Shown here in pieces: positions 7,792-17,848 of a stretch of 20,000 nt of DNA. Numbering within the stretch: the stretch's first letter is position 1; each line of letters starts with the position of its first letter. The translations under genes were made by a program, and so were the position numbers. The notes under the pieces were generated by a model. That model did no database searches and had not been told where the DNA came from. It saw only the letters and a program-made list of their open reading frames with translations. The stretch is from Spongospora subterranea f. sp. subterranea (Eukaryota), in assembly GCA_049724395.1 (NCBI GenBank), contig JAUGWO010000111.1, positions 59,981 to 79,980 of the forward strand, given 5' to 3'.

Positions 7792-10554
7792 GTGAAAATA
7801 TTGGGAGATAGCGGGGCTGGCGCCAGTTTCGTTAGTTCATCCGTTGCTTCGACTTCCCAGTTAGAACGAACAAAACTAAAGGGAACAATCCGGGTTTCCT
7901 GTTTTACCGATCGCTTGGGAACGAATGTCAGTGAAAAATCGGCGACTGACGTTCAAATCGGGGACAGCTGTTTTTATTGGAATTTTTTTTTATTCTACCT
8001 CAATCACAGTTCGACGTTATTCTTGGTTATGATTGGTTACAGAAGTTCAATCCACAAATAGACTGGCGAACTGGCAAGTTGAGAGTTTCTCACGCTGAAT
8101 CCCCAGACATTCCGTTAGCATCAATGTCAGTCATCTCAGCAATGAAAAATTCCACTCCCATGCTTCCGGAACACTACCGTGATTTCACAGATGTCTTCTC
8201 AAAGAAAAAGGCTGATATACTACCGCCACATCGTCCCTATGATTGTTTCAATCGACCTACATGTTGGCTCCGCTCCCCCATTCGGACCAATTTACCGTCT
8301 ATCGCAAAAAGAAACGGAAGCGCTGCGTGAACACCTCAATGAGAACCTGCAGAAAGGGTTTATTCGACCATCCAAGTCATCTTGCAGTTCTCCAGTCATG
8401 TTTGTCCCCAAAAAGGACAAAACGCTTCGTTATGCGTCGACTTTTGTAAAATCAATGAGCTGACCATTATGAACAGATATCCATTACCATTGATTTCAGA
8501 CCTGTTATCACAGGCCTCGCGAGGGAAAATATTTACAAAAATTGATCTGCGAGGAGCCTATAACCTGGTACGCATCAAAGAAGGGCATGAGTGGAAGACG
8601 GCATTCCGTTGTGCTTTCGGATTGTATGAATACTTAGTTATGCCTTTCGGTTTAGCGAATGCCCCAGCCTGTTTTCAGCATTTTATGAACGATGTTTTTC
8701 GTGGTTTTATTGGAATTTTTATTGTCTCCTACCTGGACGATATATTGATATATTCTGATATAGAAGCTGATCACATAAATCACGTTCGCTCCGTCTTGGC
8801 AGTGTTACGGGAACACGGTCTGTACGTTAAAATGGAAAAATGTGCTTTTCACGTTTCTGAGGTTCAATTCTTGGGATATGTAATCTCCAACAAATGTGTC
8901 AAAATGGACCCAGCCCGTGTCAATGCTGTTAATTCGTGGCCCCAACCCCTCTCTGTCAAGGAACTTGAATCATTCTTAGGATTTGCAAATTTTTATCGAC
9001 AATTTATTTCCAATTTCGCGTCAACCTGTATGCCTTTATATGAACTAACACACAAACGTGCAACCTTCAAGTGGACTCCCCAATGTCAAATTTCCTTTGA
9101 TATGTTAAAACGCTCTTTCGTGTTTGCTCCAGTTCTAACTACGTTTAACCCTGTTCTGCCTATTATTGTAGAAACTGATGCATCGGACTTCGCCCTCGGT
9201 GCCGTTCTCTCGCAAGCCCACGATGATGGTGAGCACCCTATCGCATACTTTTCTAGAAGGCTCAACCCGTCTGAGCTAAACTACGAAATTTACGATAAGG
9301 AACTATTAGCAATCGTCGCTGCCTTTCAGAGGCATTATTTGGATGGCGCCGCGGAGCCTATCACTGTTTGGAGTGACCACAGAAACCTTCAGTGGTTTTT
9401 GAGCTCCAAAATACTGAACCGTCGCCAAGCACGTTGGTCTTTATTTCTGTCTGAGTTTTCCTTTTGCCTCAAACACAGACCAGGACATTTAAATGTAAAA
9501 GCAGACGCACTGTCCAGACGTTCGGATTATCATTGCGAATCTGCAGTGCCTCGCCCTGTCCTCCATTCACCCATATTCGTCAACAACATCAATTTTGTAA
9601 ACAATGCAGATCCCAGAGAGAATACGCTCATCAAAAAACATTCCGAGTTAGGACTAGGTAAATATGACCTTTCACACTTCTCTTTTCATGACGGAGATCT
9701 GTTTTTTCAACGACGAAAATATATTCACCAACACGAAGATCGTCTAAAACTTCTCATCACTAGGCACGATTCCACGCTAGCGGGCCACTTTGGCATTGCG
9801 AAAACCCAAGAACTCGTCTGCCGTGATTTCTGGTGGCCTGGAATGCATTCGATGATTCGCAATGATGTCAAGTCTTGCGATATTTGCGCCCGATCATAAA
9901 AACACCCCACACAAGCCATCGGGTATGCTCTTGCCACTACCGATTCCCCCCAGACCTTGGTCTTCAATATCGATGGATTTCATTGTCAAACTTCCAAAAT
10001 CACGCGGCTCCTGCTGAAATACGAGGTTCTATTTAATTCAATATGATGCCCTGTGTGAAGTGAGGTCCCATAACTGCTGAGCACCACGGAGTTTGTATTT
10101 ATATCTGACGAGATGTCAATAAATAACCACTGCTTTTCTCCATTAATAAAGGCCAGGCATTAAATTGTCTGAGAGATTTTGGGTACCTTAGCCCAGTTCG
10201 ACTACCGTCCTACCACTTTAGAAGCTCCGACTCCATTTTGGTGGTTGTCGACCGTTTCAGCAAAATGGCTCATTTTACTCCTTGTACGGAATCTTGTACT
10301 AGCACCAATCTCGCTTCTTTGATGTTTAACAATATCTTCAAATTTCATGGACTCCCTGACAGCATGATTTCAGATAGAGGTCCGCAATTTATTAGCAAAT
10401 TCTGGGAGCACCTATTGAAACAACTGAAAATTGACCGAAATCTATCGTTCTGCGCGCCACTCTGAATCAGATGGTCAGACGGAACGTGTCAACCAAATTT
10501 TAGAACAATATTTGCGTTGTTATGTTAATACCTCGCAAAATGACTGGAGTTCAC
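7792..10554 (+). pseudogene. pol: Ty3/gypsy Pol (protease, RT, RNase H, integrase), frameshifted and interrupted
   Basis: DSGA protease, FDVILGYDWL, KIDLRGAYN, YLVMPFGLANAP, YLDD, ETDASD, NYEIYDKELLAI, H...GHFG...[41 protein letters not shown]. Confidence 0.95.
10012..10223 (+). mobile_element. 212-bp insertion, probable solo LTR of a fourth family D (TGCTGAA...TTTAGAA) with 5-bp TSD GCTCC
   Basis: GCTCC at 10007-10011 and 10224-10228. Removing the insert and one TSD copy restores integrase LPKSRGSDSILVVVDRFSK. Ends resemble LTR C (TGTTGAA...CTAGAA). Confidence 0.82.
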
Positions 10555-10781
10555 TGTTGAATACAACTTGCCTGCCTCAAGTACGGACATTCTCCAAGGA
10601 AAGTGCGTACCTCCAGTCGGCGCAACCACGACAAGAGCACGACATAAAGCTGACTGTACGGACTTTACGCATTGGGCTATAAATAGCCATTTCCCAAGGT
10701 ATCTACCTATATAAGCAATTACGCCACATTAATAAATTCATTCTGCTATTGCATCTGTTTGAGCAACATCAACTTTCCACA
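10555..10781 (+). mobile_element. Copia family A 5' LTR, 227 bp (TGTTGA...TCCACA), inserted in the gypsy integrase
   Basis: Matches the reverse complement of 1000-1226. Gypsy integrase breaks at NDWSS. Confidence 0.92.
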
Positions 10782-10795
10782 GATTAACAGTCGAA
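10782..10795 (+). promoter_or_regulatory. Primer-binding site GATTAACAGTCGAA (tRNA-Asn anticodon-arm complement)
   Basis: Immediately follows the terminal CA of LTR A. Confidence 0.8.
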
Positions 10796-10821
10796 ACCGC
10801 TGACCAGTTACGCCCATCCTA

Positions 10822-10903
10822 CGAGGCCACGCCCACACTACCAGGCCACGTCCACACTACCAGGCCACGCTCACACTACCAGGCCACGCCCACACTACCA
10901 GGC
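10822..10903 (+). repeat. 19-bp leader repeat of copia A copy 2 (unit ~GCCCACACTACCAGGCCAC), cut by LTR C
   Basis: About four units visible. Confidence 0.88.
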
Positions 10904-11529
10904 TTCTAGAGAGAGGAGAGATCAGGCGAGCGAGGGAGGGAGCGGGAACGCGAGAGAGGGAGCGGGAACGCGAGAGAGAGAGGGAGCGGGAACGCGAGAG
11001 AGAGAGGAGAACGGAGAAGCGGGCGAGAGAGAGGGAGCGGGAACGCGAGAGAGAGGGAGCGGGAACGCGAGAGAGAGAGGGAGCGGGAACGCGAGAGAGA
11101 GAGAGGGAGCGGGAAGAGAGAGAGGGAGCGGGAACGCGAGAGAGAGAGGGAGCGGGAACGCGAGGAGAGAGGGAGCGGGAACGCGAGAGAGAGGGAGTGG
11201 GAACGATGTTGATTGGAAGAAGCAAATAGAAGAATGAGTTTATTAGAAAACGAGGGGCTCTGATATACAGAGCTAGATATTATTGTCTCAGTCGGAAAAG
11301 GGCGCGCGATTTCTCTGTCGGGAAAAAGGCGCGCTAATCGCGCGCCAAAATCCGTCACACGACAGAGGCTGCGCTACAGGGTTGCTCCTCAGGAGGCCGC
11401 TCATTAAGAGGCCGCGTCGAGTCTTCATCAATATCGGATGTACGTGACAGTGGGCCAATACGACCAGTTTGGGCCAGTACAGCCAATGGGCCAGTACGAC
11501 AGGTTGGCGACGTGGTTTGAACTTCAACA
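10904..11529 (-). mobile_element. Copia C 3' LTR, 626 bp (TGTTGA...CTAGAA)
   Basis: Direct repeat of 15969-16599. One difference seen in the 323-bp unique part. PPT TGAGGGGGCG at 11530-11539. Confidence 0.9.
10905..11205. repeat. GGGAGCGGGAACGC(GA)n minisatellite within the 3' LTR of copia C
   Basis: About 12 units with variable GA run. Also at ~15970-16275 and 13719-13860. Confidence 0.93.
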
Positions 11530-14500
11530 CGCCCCCTCAAACCATGTGCCTTGTTGGTCACCAATCTTTTGCTCAGTTTTGTGAATGTTGCGCCTGAAGT
11601 TGGTTTAGTGAAAATATCTGCGACCATCTCGGCTGTTGGCATGAACTGGACTTGAATCTGGTTGTTGTGAACCATCTGTCTCACGAAATGGTATTTTGCA
11701 TCAATGTGTTTTGTTCGCGCGTCGGTTCTGTTGTTGCCGCTGATAGATATGCATCCTTGGTTATCATCGTATATGACAGTTGCGGCTGGTTCTGGGCGCT
11801 CAAGTTCGAACAACAGTTGGCGGATCCATTTGGCTTCGCGTGACGCACCACATAATGCAATATACTCAGATTCAACAGACGATAAGGCTGTTGAGGGTTG
11901 CAATTTGGATTTCCAAGAGATTGGGGAACCATGAAAAGTGAAAACGAAACCAGTTGTGGATCTCCTCGTGTCCGGGTTACCGGCCCAGTCTGCGTCGCTG
12001 TAGCCATAGAGTCCGGCGGGATTCTTTGAAGAGCCTGCTGTAAATTTCAGGCCGTGGTCCGATGTCCCTGCCAAAAATCGGAGTACTCTCTGTGCTGCCG
12101 TCCAGTGCTGCCGCCCGGGGTTGCTTATAAATCTACATAAGGTTCCGACCGCGCATGCAATGTCGGGTCTTGTGGTTGTGGCTAACCAGTTTAAACTGCC
12201 GACAAGCTCAGAATATGGCACCAATTTCATGTTGTCTCGCTCTTGGTCGGTGGTAGGGCTCATGTTCGTACTGAGGTAGTATCCTGGTTGATGTGGAGTG
12301 TTGGCGGATTTGCAATGATTCATATTGAATCGAAGGAGTAATTCATCAACGTAGTCTTGCTGGTGTAAAAATATTGATCCTGTTGTCCCATCACGCAATA
12401 ACTGCATACCAAGAACACGACTGGGCGCGCCAAGATCGGTGACGTTCCATTTGGACTTGAAGTGATCCACTAATTCATCACAAAGAGTTGGATTATTATG
12501 GGCAATAATGATATCGTCGACATGAATGAGAACAATAGCATAGAAAGTGTCACGTCTGAGATGGTAAAGACAAGGATCAGCAATTGTTCTTCGAAAATGG
12601 AGCTTATTGACCAAGAAATCATCCAGCTGCTGATTCCAGATCATTCCCGCTTGTTTGAGACCGTAGAGAGCTTTCTGTAACTTGCAAACTAGATTTCCTT
12701 GACCAGGCTCGATGAAACCATCAGGCTGTTTCATGTAAATATCGCCGTCAATGTTACCGTTAAGGAATGCGCCCACGATGTCGATTTGACGAAGAAACAA
12801 GCCTTGATCGGCGGTTAGTGCCATGACGATACGAAATGATTCCGAATGTGCGACGGGAGAGAAAGTTTCACTGTAATCGATACCAGCACGTTGGGAGAAG
12901 CCTTTGATCACCAAACGGGCTTTGAACTTTCGAATACCACCGTCTCCGGTCAGATTAGGCTTGGTATTGAAGACCCATTTGCAGGCGATTGCTTTACGGT
13001 CTGGAGGTAGTTCTTGCAACGTCCATGTGTCAAATTCGAGCATCTGCTTGTATTCAACCTGCATAGCATCATACCAATGGCCAGCTTCAGGTCCGTTCAG
13101 GGCTTCTGGGACTGTTTGTGGTACGGTAACAGAAGAAATTGTGAGTGATGCGATGTCCGGTCTTGGCAATTTGATACATGTCGAGTCCAACTGCATTGTG
13201 TGATTGGCTTGATGTGCTTTCCACCATTCTCCTGGAGGTCGAGCGATTCTCTAGGACTGCGACGAACGACTACTGCCGGTTCGGGGTCTAAATCATTATT
13301 GTTGTCAGGCGAATAAGGTAATGATGCGTCCGATGTGCTGTCTGTGTCTTCAGGCTGGACAGGATCCAATTCATTGTCATTATTGCTGACATCTTCGGAT
13401 ATGATGGAATCAGCTGCATTGTTTTCATTCGAAATTTGAACATGGGGTTCCATCTCAGAGCGGAAGCAGCTTTCAAAACAGGGGGAGATGGTATTTCTGG
13501 AATCTGAACTTTCTCTTTGAAATCCGTAATCAAAGGAGTATTCGTCGAACTCGACATCTCGACTGGAATATTCTTTTTGGGATATGGGATCGTACAGCAA
13601 ATAAGCCTTTTGATTCTGTGTGTAGCCAATGTGAATTAGTTTCTGTGCTCGAGGCTGTATCTTTTTCCGTTCGTTGGACTGAAGCAATCTGTAGGCGACA
13701 CAACCGAATGCGACAACCGAACGCGAGAGAGAGAGGGAGCGGGAACGCGAGAGAGAGGGAGCGGGACGAGAGAGAGAGGGAGCGGGAACGCGAGAGAGAG
13801 GGAGCGGGAACGCGAGAGAGAGGGAGCCTGAACGCGAGAGAGAGAGGGAGTGGGAACGATGTTCTAAGGTAGTTAAGATTCGGAACCTGTTTGAACAAGA
13901 CTTCATACGGAGTAACTCGGTCTGGTAACGTCGAGTGGGGGTCGTCGATTGTATATATGAACAGCTACTTGTACAGCCCAAGCAAAACATTGCTGGGGCA
14001 ACTTCGAATGTGATAGTAGACAAAGGGCAATATCAGTCAATGTTCGATTAAGCCTTTCAGCCATGCCATTCGATTGTGAGTTTCCCGGGACTGTCCTTCG
14101 GTGATGAATGCCTTGAAGGTCTAGCCAATCACGACACTCTTTCGACATGTATTCGCCTCCGTTGTCTGATTGAAAATTGCGGATAGTTGTGCTGTGAAGG
14201 TTGTTGAAATGTCGAATGAACTTCTTGAGGTGCTCGAACTGCTCAGATTTGTTTCTCAAACAGGCAATTGTGCAGAATCGGCTGTAAGCATCAATGTATG
14301 TGACAAAGTACTTGGAACCGTCTATGCCAGGGGAAGAAAATGGGCCCATGAGGTCGCTTACGATGAGTTCACCCGGAGTGATTTGATGGTGTGTGGTATT
14401 CAAGAACGGTCCTTTTGACATTTTCCCCATCACGCATGGTTCACAAAAGTGTAATTGCTTGGGAGAAGGTTCTAGTCGAATTCCGTAGCGCGCATCCTTA

Positions 14501-15760
14501 CTCAAATTCGATATTTCCTTGTTGCTGGTATGGCCTAACCTTGCGTGCCATAGTGACAGGGGAAGGGCAACGTCATGTCGGACCGCAAAAGTCGCCGCAT
14601 GGTCTGATGATCGGATAGAATTTGAATCCAGTCTGTACAGGTTGTCCTTATCTTTTCGAATCCTTGCAAGTATGTTTCCAACGGGAGCGGTGAAATCATG
14701 AGAGTGGAAGATAGTCATGTGTTCGCCATCGATCAAAAACTTCATCCCTGATTCTGCTGCTTGGCCGGGAGAAAAGAGGTTTTTCCCGAGGTCCGGAACC
14801 GCCAAAACATTCTCAAGTGGAATTGACCTTCCCTGTACGCGCAAATTGCAGTTACCAGATCCCAACTGAAGGGATGGAAGTGTTGTCACCCAGTTGAATT
14901 TCTGGGTTCAGACTTGCGCTTCGGAATTGCGATAAGATCTGACGGTCAAATGTCATGTGGTTGGAACAGCCAGTATCTACATGCCAGGCCCTGGACTTGA
15001 TAAATGAAGCTTGAGAGGCATAATGGTAGTTTTGAACTTGTCCCTGTTTATTATGTCTCGGCTGCCAGCTGCTAGGGCGAAGCTCAGGGTGTTGTGCATA
15101 ACATTGGTCATCCGTATGGCCAAGGTGTGGGTGAACTTTGCATCGACGCTTCTTGCCAGCAATGTTTGCTTGTGTAGAGGCAATATCTTGGCCTTGACGA
15201 GCTTCTTCGTTTAGCAGCAGGGAGGTGATCGTGACTAGTGAAATATGATCAAAGTCCTGGCAGTCTAAGGCAGTAGCAACTGAGTGGAAACGGCTATCGA
15301 GGTTGCAAACAACGAGTGCTGAAATTAATTTTTCTGGTATCTCGATGCCTGCACCTTGGAGGTCTCGGGCTCGAGATTCGACTCGGCCTATAAATTCTTG
15401 CACTGGTTGCCCGTCTTGCATGCAGGTAACCCATTGGCGCAACTTGACGACAACTGAAGAGAGTGATTTGCGCTGGTAGATGTTATGGAGTTTGACCCAA
15501 TACGCGTGAGCAGAGGTTTCAGAGAGTAAATGACGGAGTACCGAGTCACCCACGTTCAGTTCGATCACACCCCGGGTTTTCGTATCGGTACGGCTCGACG
15601 TCGTGTCAGTTCGCGGTTCGACAGGGTCAAATGTTGCTGGATTATAGGAGATTGATATATCATAATCCTTGTCCTGTAATATGGCCATCATACGACGCTT
15701 CCAGATAGGGAAATCGTCGGATCCTTCGAGCTTATGGATGTTATAGACCGTGGACATCAT
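11355..15760 (-). pseudogene. gag-pol: Copia C gag-pol, broken by frameshifts (~14865, ~13940, ~13240) and an insertion at 13711-13861
   Basis: Gag (KLEGSDDFPIWK), WHVDTGCSNHM protease, LWHARLGH/CEPC, SDLMGP/SDNGGEY/NGMAERLNRT integrase, and an open 613-aa RT-RNase H (KARLV, LYGLKQA, HVDD, YSDADWAG, KHID). Confidence 0.95.
13711..13861 (-). repeat. ~150-bp copy of the LTR C minisatellite inserted in copia C integrase
   Basis: Interrupts LNYLRT|FGCVAY. Starts with the same AACATCGTTCCCACTCCC as the LTR array. Confidence 0.88.
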
Positions 15761-15777
15761 GATGGATGTATATACAG

Positions 15778-15917
15778 TGTACACCTAAATGTATATACAA
15801 ATGTACACCTAAGTGTATATACAAATGTACACCTAAGTGTATATACAAATGTACACCTAAGTGTATATACAAATGTACACCTAAGTGTATATACAAATGT
15901 ACACCTAAGTGTATATA
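15778..15917. repeat. 24-bp tandem repeat in the copia C leader (TGTACACCTAAGTGTATATACAAA, ~6 units)
   Basis: Near-perfect units between the PBS and the gag ATG. Confidence 0.95.
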
Positions 15918-15954
15918 GAATAGCACACTTGAGGTACTATGCAGCTAACAGAGC

Positions 15955-15968
15955 TGGGACTCTTAATC
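15955..15968 (-). promoter_or_regulatory. Primer-binding site of copia C, GATTAAGAGTCCCA (complement of tRNA-Lys CUU anticodon arm)
   Basis: Plus strand TGGGA-CTCTTAA-TC. Begins where homology between the two C LTRs ends. Confidence 0.8.
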
Positions 15969-16599
15969 TTCTAGAGAGAGGAGAGATCAGGCGAGCGAGG
16001 GAGGGAGCGGGAACGCGAGGAGAGGAGCGGGAACGCGAGAGAGAGGGAAGCGGGAAGAGAGAGGGAGCGGGAACGCGAGAGAGAGAGGGAGCGGGAACGC
16101 GAGAGAGAGGGAGCGGGAACGCGAGAGAGAGGGAGCGGGAACGCGAGAGAGAGAGGGAGCGGGAACGCGAGAGAGGGAGCGGGAACGCGAGAGAGAGGGA
16201 GCGGGAACGCGAGAGAGAGGGAGCGGGAACGGAGAGAGGAGGGAGCGGGAACGCGAGAGAGAGGGAGTGGGAACGATGTTGATTGGAAGAAGCAAATAGA
16301 AGAATGAGTTTATTAGAAAACGAGGGGCTCTGATATACAGAGCTAGATATTATTGTCTCAGTCGGAAAAGGGCGCGCGATTTCTCTGTCGGGAAAAAGGC
16401 GCGTTAATCGCGCGCCAAAATCCGTCACACGACAGAGGCTGCGCTACAGGGTTGCTCCTCAGGAGGCCGCTCATTAAGAGGCCGCGTCGAGTCTTCATCA
16501 ATATCGGATGTACGTGACAGTGGGCCAATACGACCAGTTTGGGCCAGTACAGCCAATGGGCCAGTACGACAGGTTGGCGACGTGGTTTGAACTTCAACA
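15969..16599 (-). mobile_element. Copia C 5' LTR, 631 bp
   Basis: Direct repeat of 10904-11529. Length difference lies in the minisatellite. Confidence 0.9.
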
Positions 16600-17368
16600 T
16601 ATTCTTCACTAGGCCTTCGTATTCGTTATCGATCGCCTTCTTCCACTGATGCCAAAAAGGATTGTTTGGCTCCATTGCCTGAGGGAGAGTAAAAGGGATA
16701 GCAATCTCATTAGCTTTCTCAAGGATTCCTGTGTCGGACGTGGTCATTGCAACACGCCACCAATCACCAGGAATACGACGACTTCGAGCTGACTTGCGAA
16801 TTTGACTAGGTAGCGGATCATGCTGCTCTGATGTTGTGGAGGGCTCCGATTCTATATACGCTTCTGACATGGGAATAATATCCTGTGATAATTGATCATG
16901 CTCTGAACCGGATTGGATTGGAAGGTCTGCACATGGAGAAGACGAGTCTGGTGAACATGCAGTTGATGCCTCGATGATGTCTTCGTCAAAAAATATAGTT
17001 TCATCATCGATACCAACAGATGGTTCGTTTTCAGGAAACTTTCCTTCGTTAAAGTGAGCATCTGAATATCGAGCGGTGAGCGTGCGATTTTTCTCTGGAT
17101 CGAAGAAATGATATCCTTTTTGCTTGGTTAAGTATCCAATAAATATGCATTTGGTCATTTTTGGTTGAAGCTTGCGATGGAGTTGATTTGGTTCATGAAC
17201 ATGAGCAATGCAACCGAATGTGCGGAGGTAGTCAAGTTTTGGTTTCTCGCCGAACCATGCTTCGTATGGTGTCATGTGCTCGAATAGCGCTGAGTGTGGT
17301 CTTCGATTTGTCAAATGAACGGCTGTATTGATGGCAAAGGACCAGAATTCTTTATTGAGGCCAGCTTG
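16600..17368 (-). pseudogene. pol: Copia pol fragment (integrase C-terminus, linker, start of RT), related to B, possibly family A
   Basis: FWSFAINTAVHLTNRRPH...TPYEAWFGEKPKLDYLRTFGC...KCIFIGY...WKKAIDNEYEGLVKN, open throughout and bounded by LTR C and LTR B. Family assignment is inference. Confidence 0.88.
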
Positions 17369-17597
17369 TGTTGAATACAACTTGCCAGCCTCCAGTACGG
17401 ACATTCTCCAAGAAAGGTGCGTACCCCCAGTCGGCGCAACCACGGCAAATGCATAACATAAGAGTGACTGTGCGGACTTTGTATTTGGATTATTAGTGCA
17501 CTCCCCCCTATATTCTCCCACCTATACATGCTATAACCACGCAGTAATAAACCTCATTCTACTATTACCTTCACATCGGAAACATCGATTTCCTTTA
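17369..17597 (+). mobile_element. Copia family B 5' LTR, 229 bp
   Basis: Matches the reverse complement of 1712-1940. Followed by PBS, leader and gag. Confidence 0.93.
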
Positions 17598-17611
17598 GAT
17601 TAACAGTCGAA
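17598..17611 (+). promoter_or_regulatory. Primer-binding site GATTAACAGTCGAA (tRNA-Asn anticodon-arm complement)
   Basis: Same 14-mer as in family A, although sequence on both sides is unrelated between A and B. Confidence 0.82.
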
Positions 17612-17637
17612 TTGCCACCTCATCAGGCCCCTACGTA

Positions 17638-17789
17638 TACACTTCAGTGTATCTTCTCACCACTGCACACATACACCTCAGTGTATATTTCTACCAGCTT
17701 GTACATACACCTTAGTGTATCTTTTTCACCACTGCATACATACACCTCAGTGTATATTTTCTACCAGTTCATACGTACACTTTAGTGTA
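17638..17789 (+). repeat. 34-35-bp leader repeat of copia B copy 2
   Basis: Same array as 4112-4263. Confidence 0.88.
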
Positions 17790-17848
17790 TATTTCTCGTT
17801 ATTCCCACACTTTCTCTTCTCCGCACCTCTACTTCAACTTCAGTTGCG

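Larger units (their letters stand above)
6596..10554 (+). mobile_element. Degenerate Ty3/gypsy LTR retrotransposon, truncated at both ends
   Basis: Domain order gag-PR-RT-RNase H-IN. Many frameshifts and stops. No complete LTR visible. Confidence 0.93.
10904..16599 (-). mobile_element. Near full-length Ty1/copia element, family C (~5.7 kb)
   Basis: 5' LTR, PBS, leader, gag-PR-IN-RT-RNase H, PPT and 3' LTR in copia order. No TSD (flanks CAGGC and TATTC). Confidence 0.95.

Noticed and set aside
10905..11205. Telomeric repeat
   Set aside because: Variable-length units embedded in both LTRs of element C.
11207..11529. LTR C as only 323 bp ending in TCAACA
   Set aside because: Homology between the two copies continues ~300 bp further, up to the tRNA-Lys-like PBS, and no PBS follows TCAACA.
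15734..16428. Low-complexity ORFs (RERE, SLSR, VYTNVHLS), also 10857-11358
   Set aside because: Translations of stop-free tandem repeats in LTR and leader.
16358..17521. 387-aa ORF as a novel fusion gene
   Set aside because: Chance in-frame join of antisense LTR B, a pol fragment and LTR C sequence.
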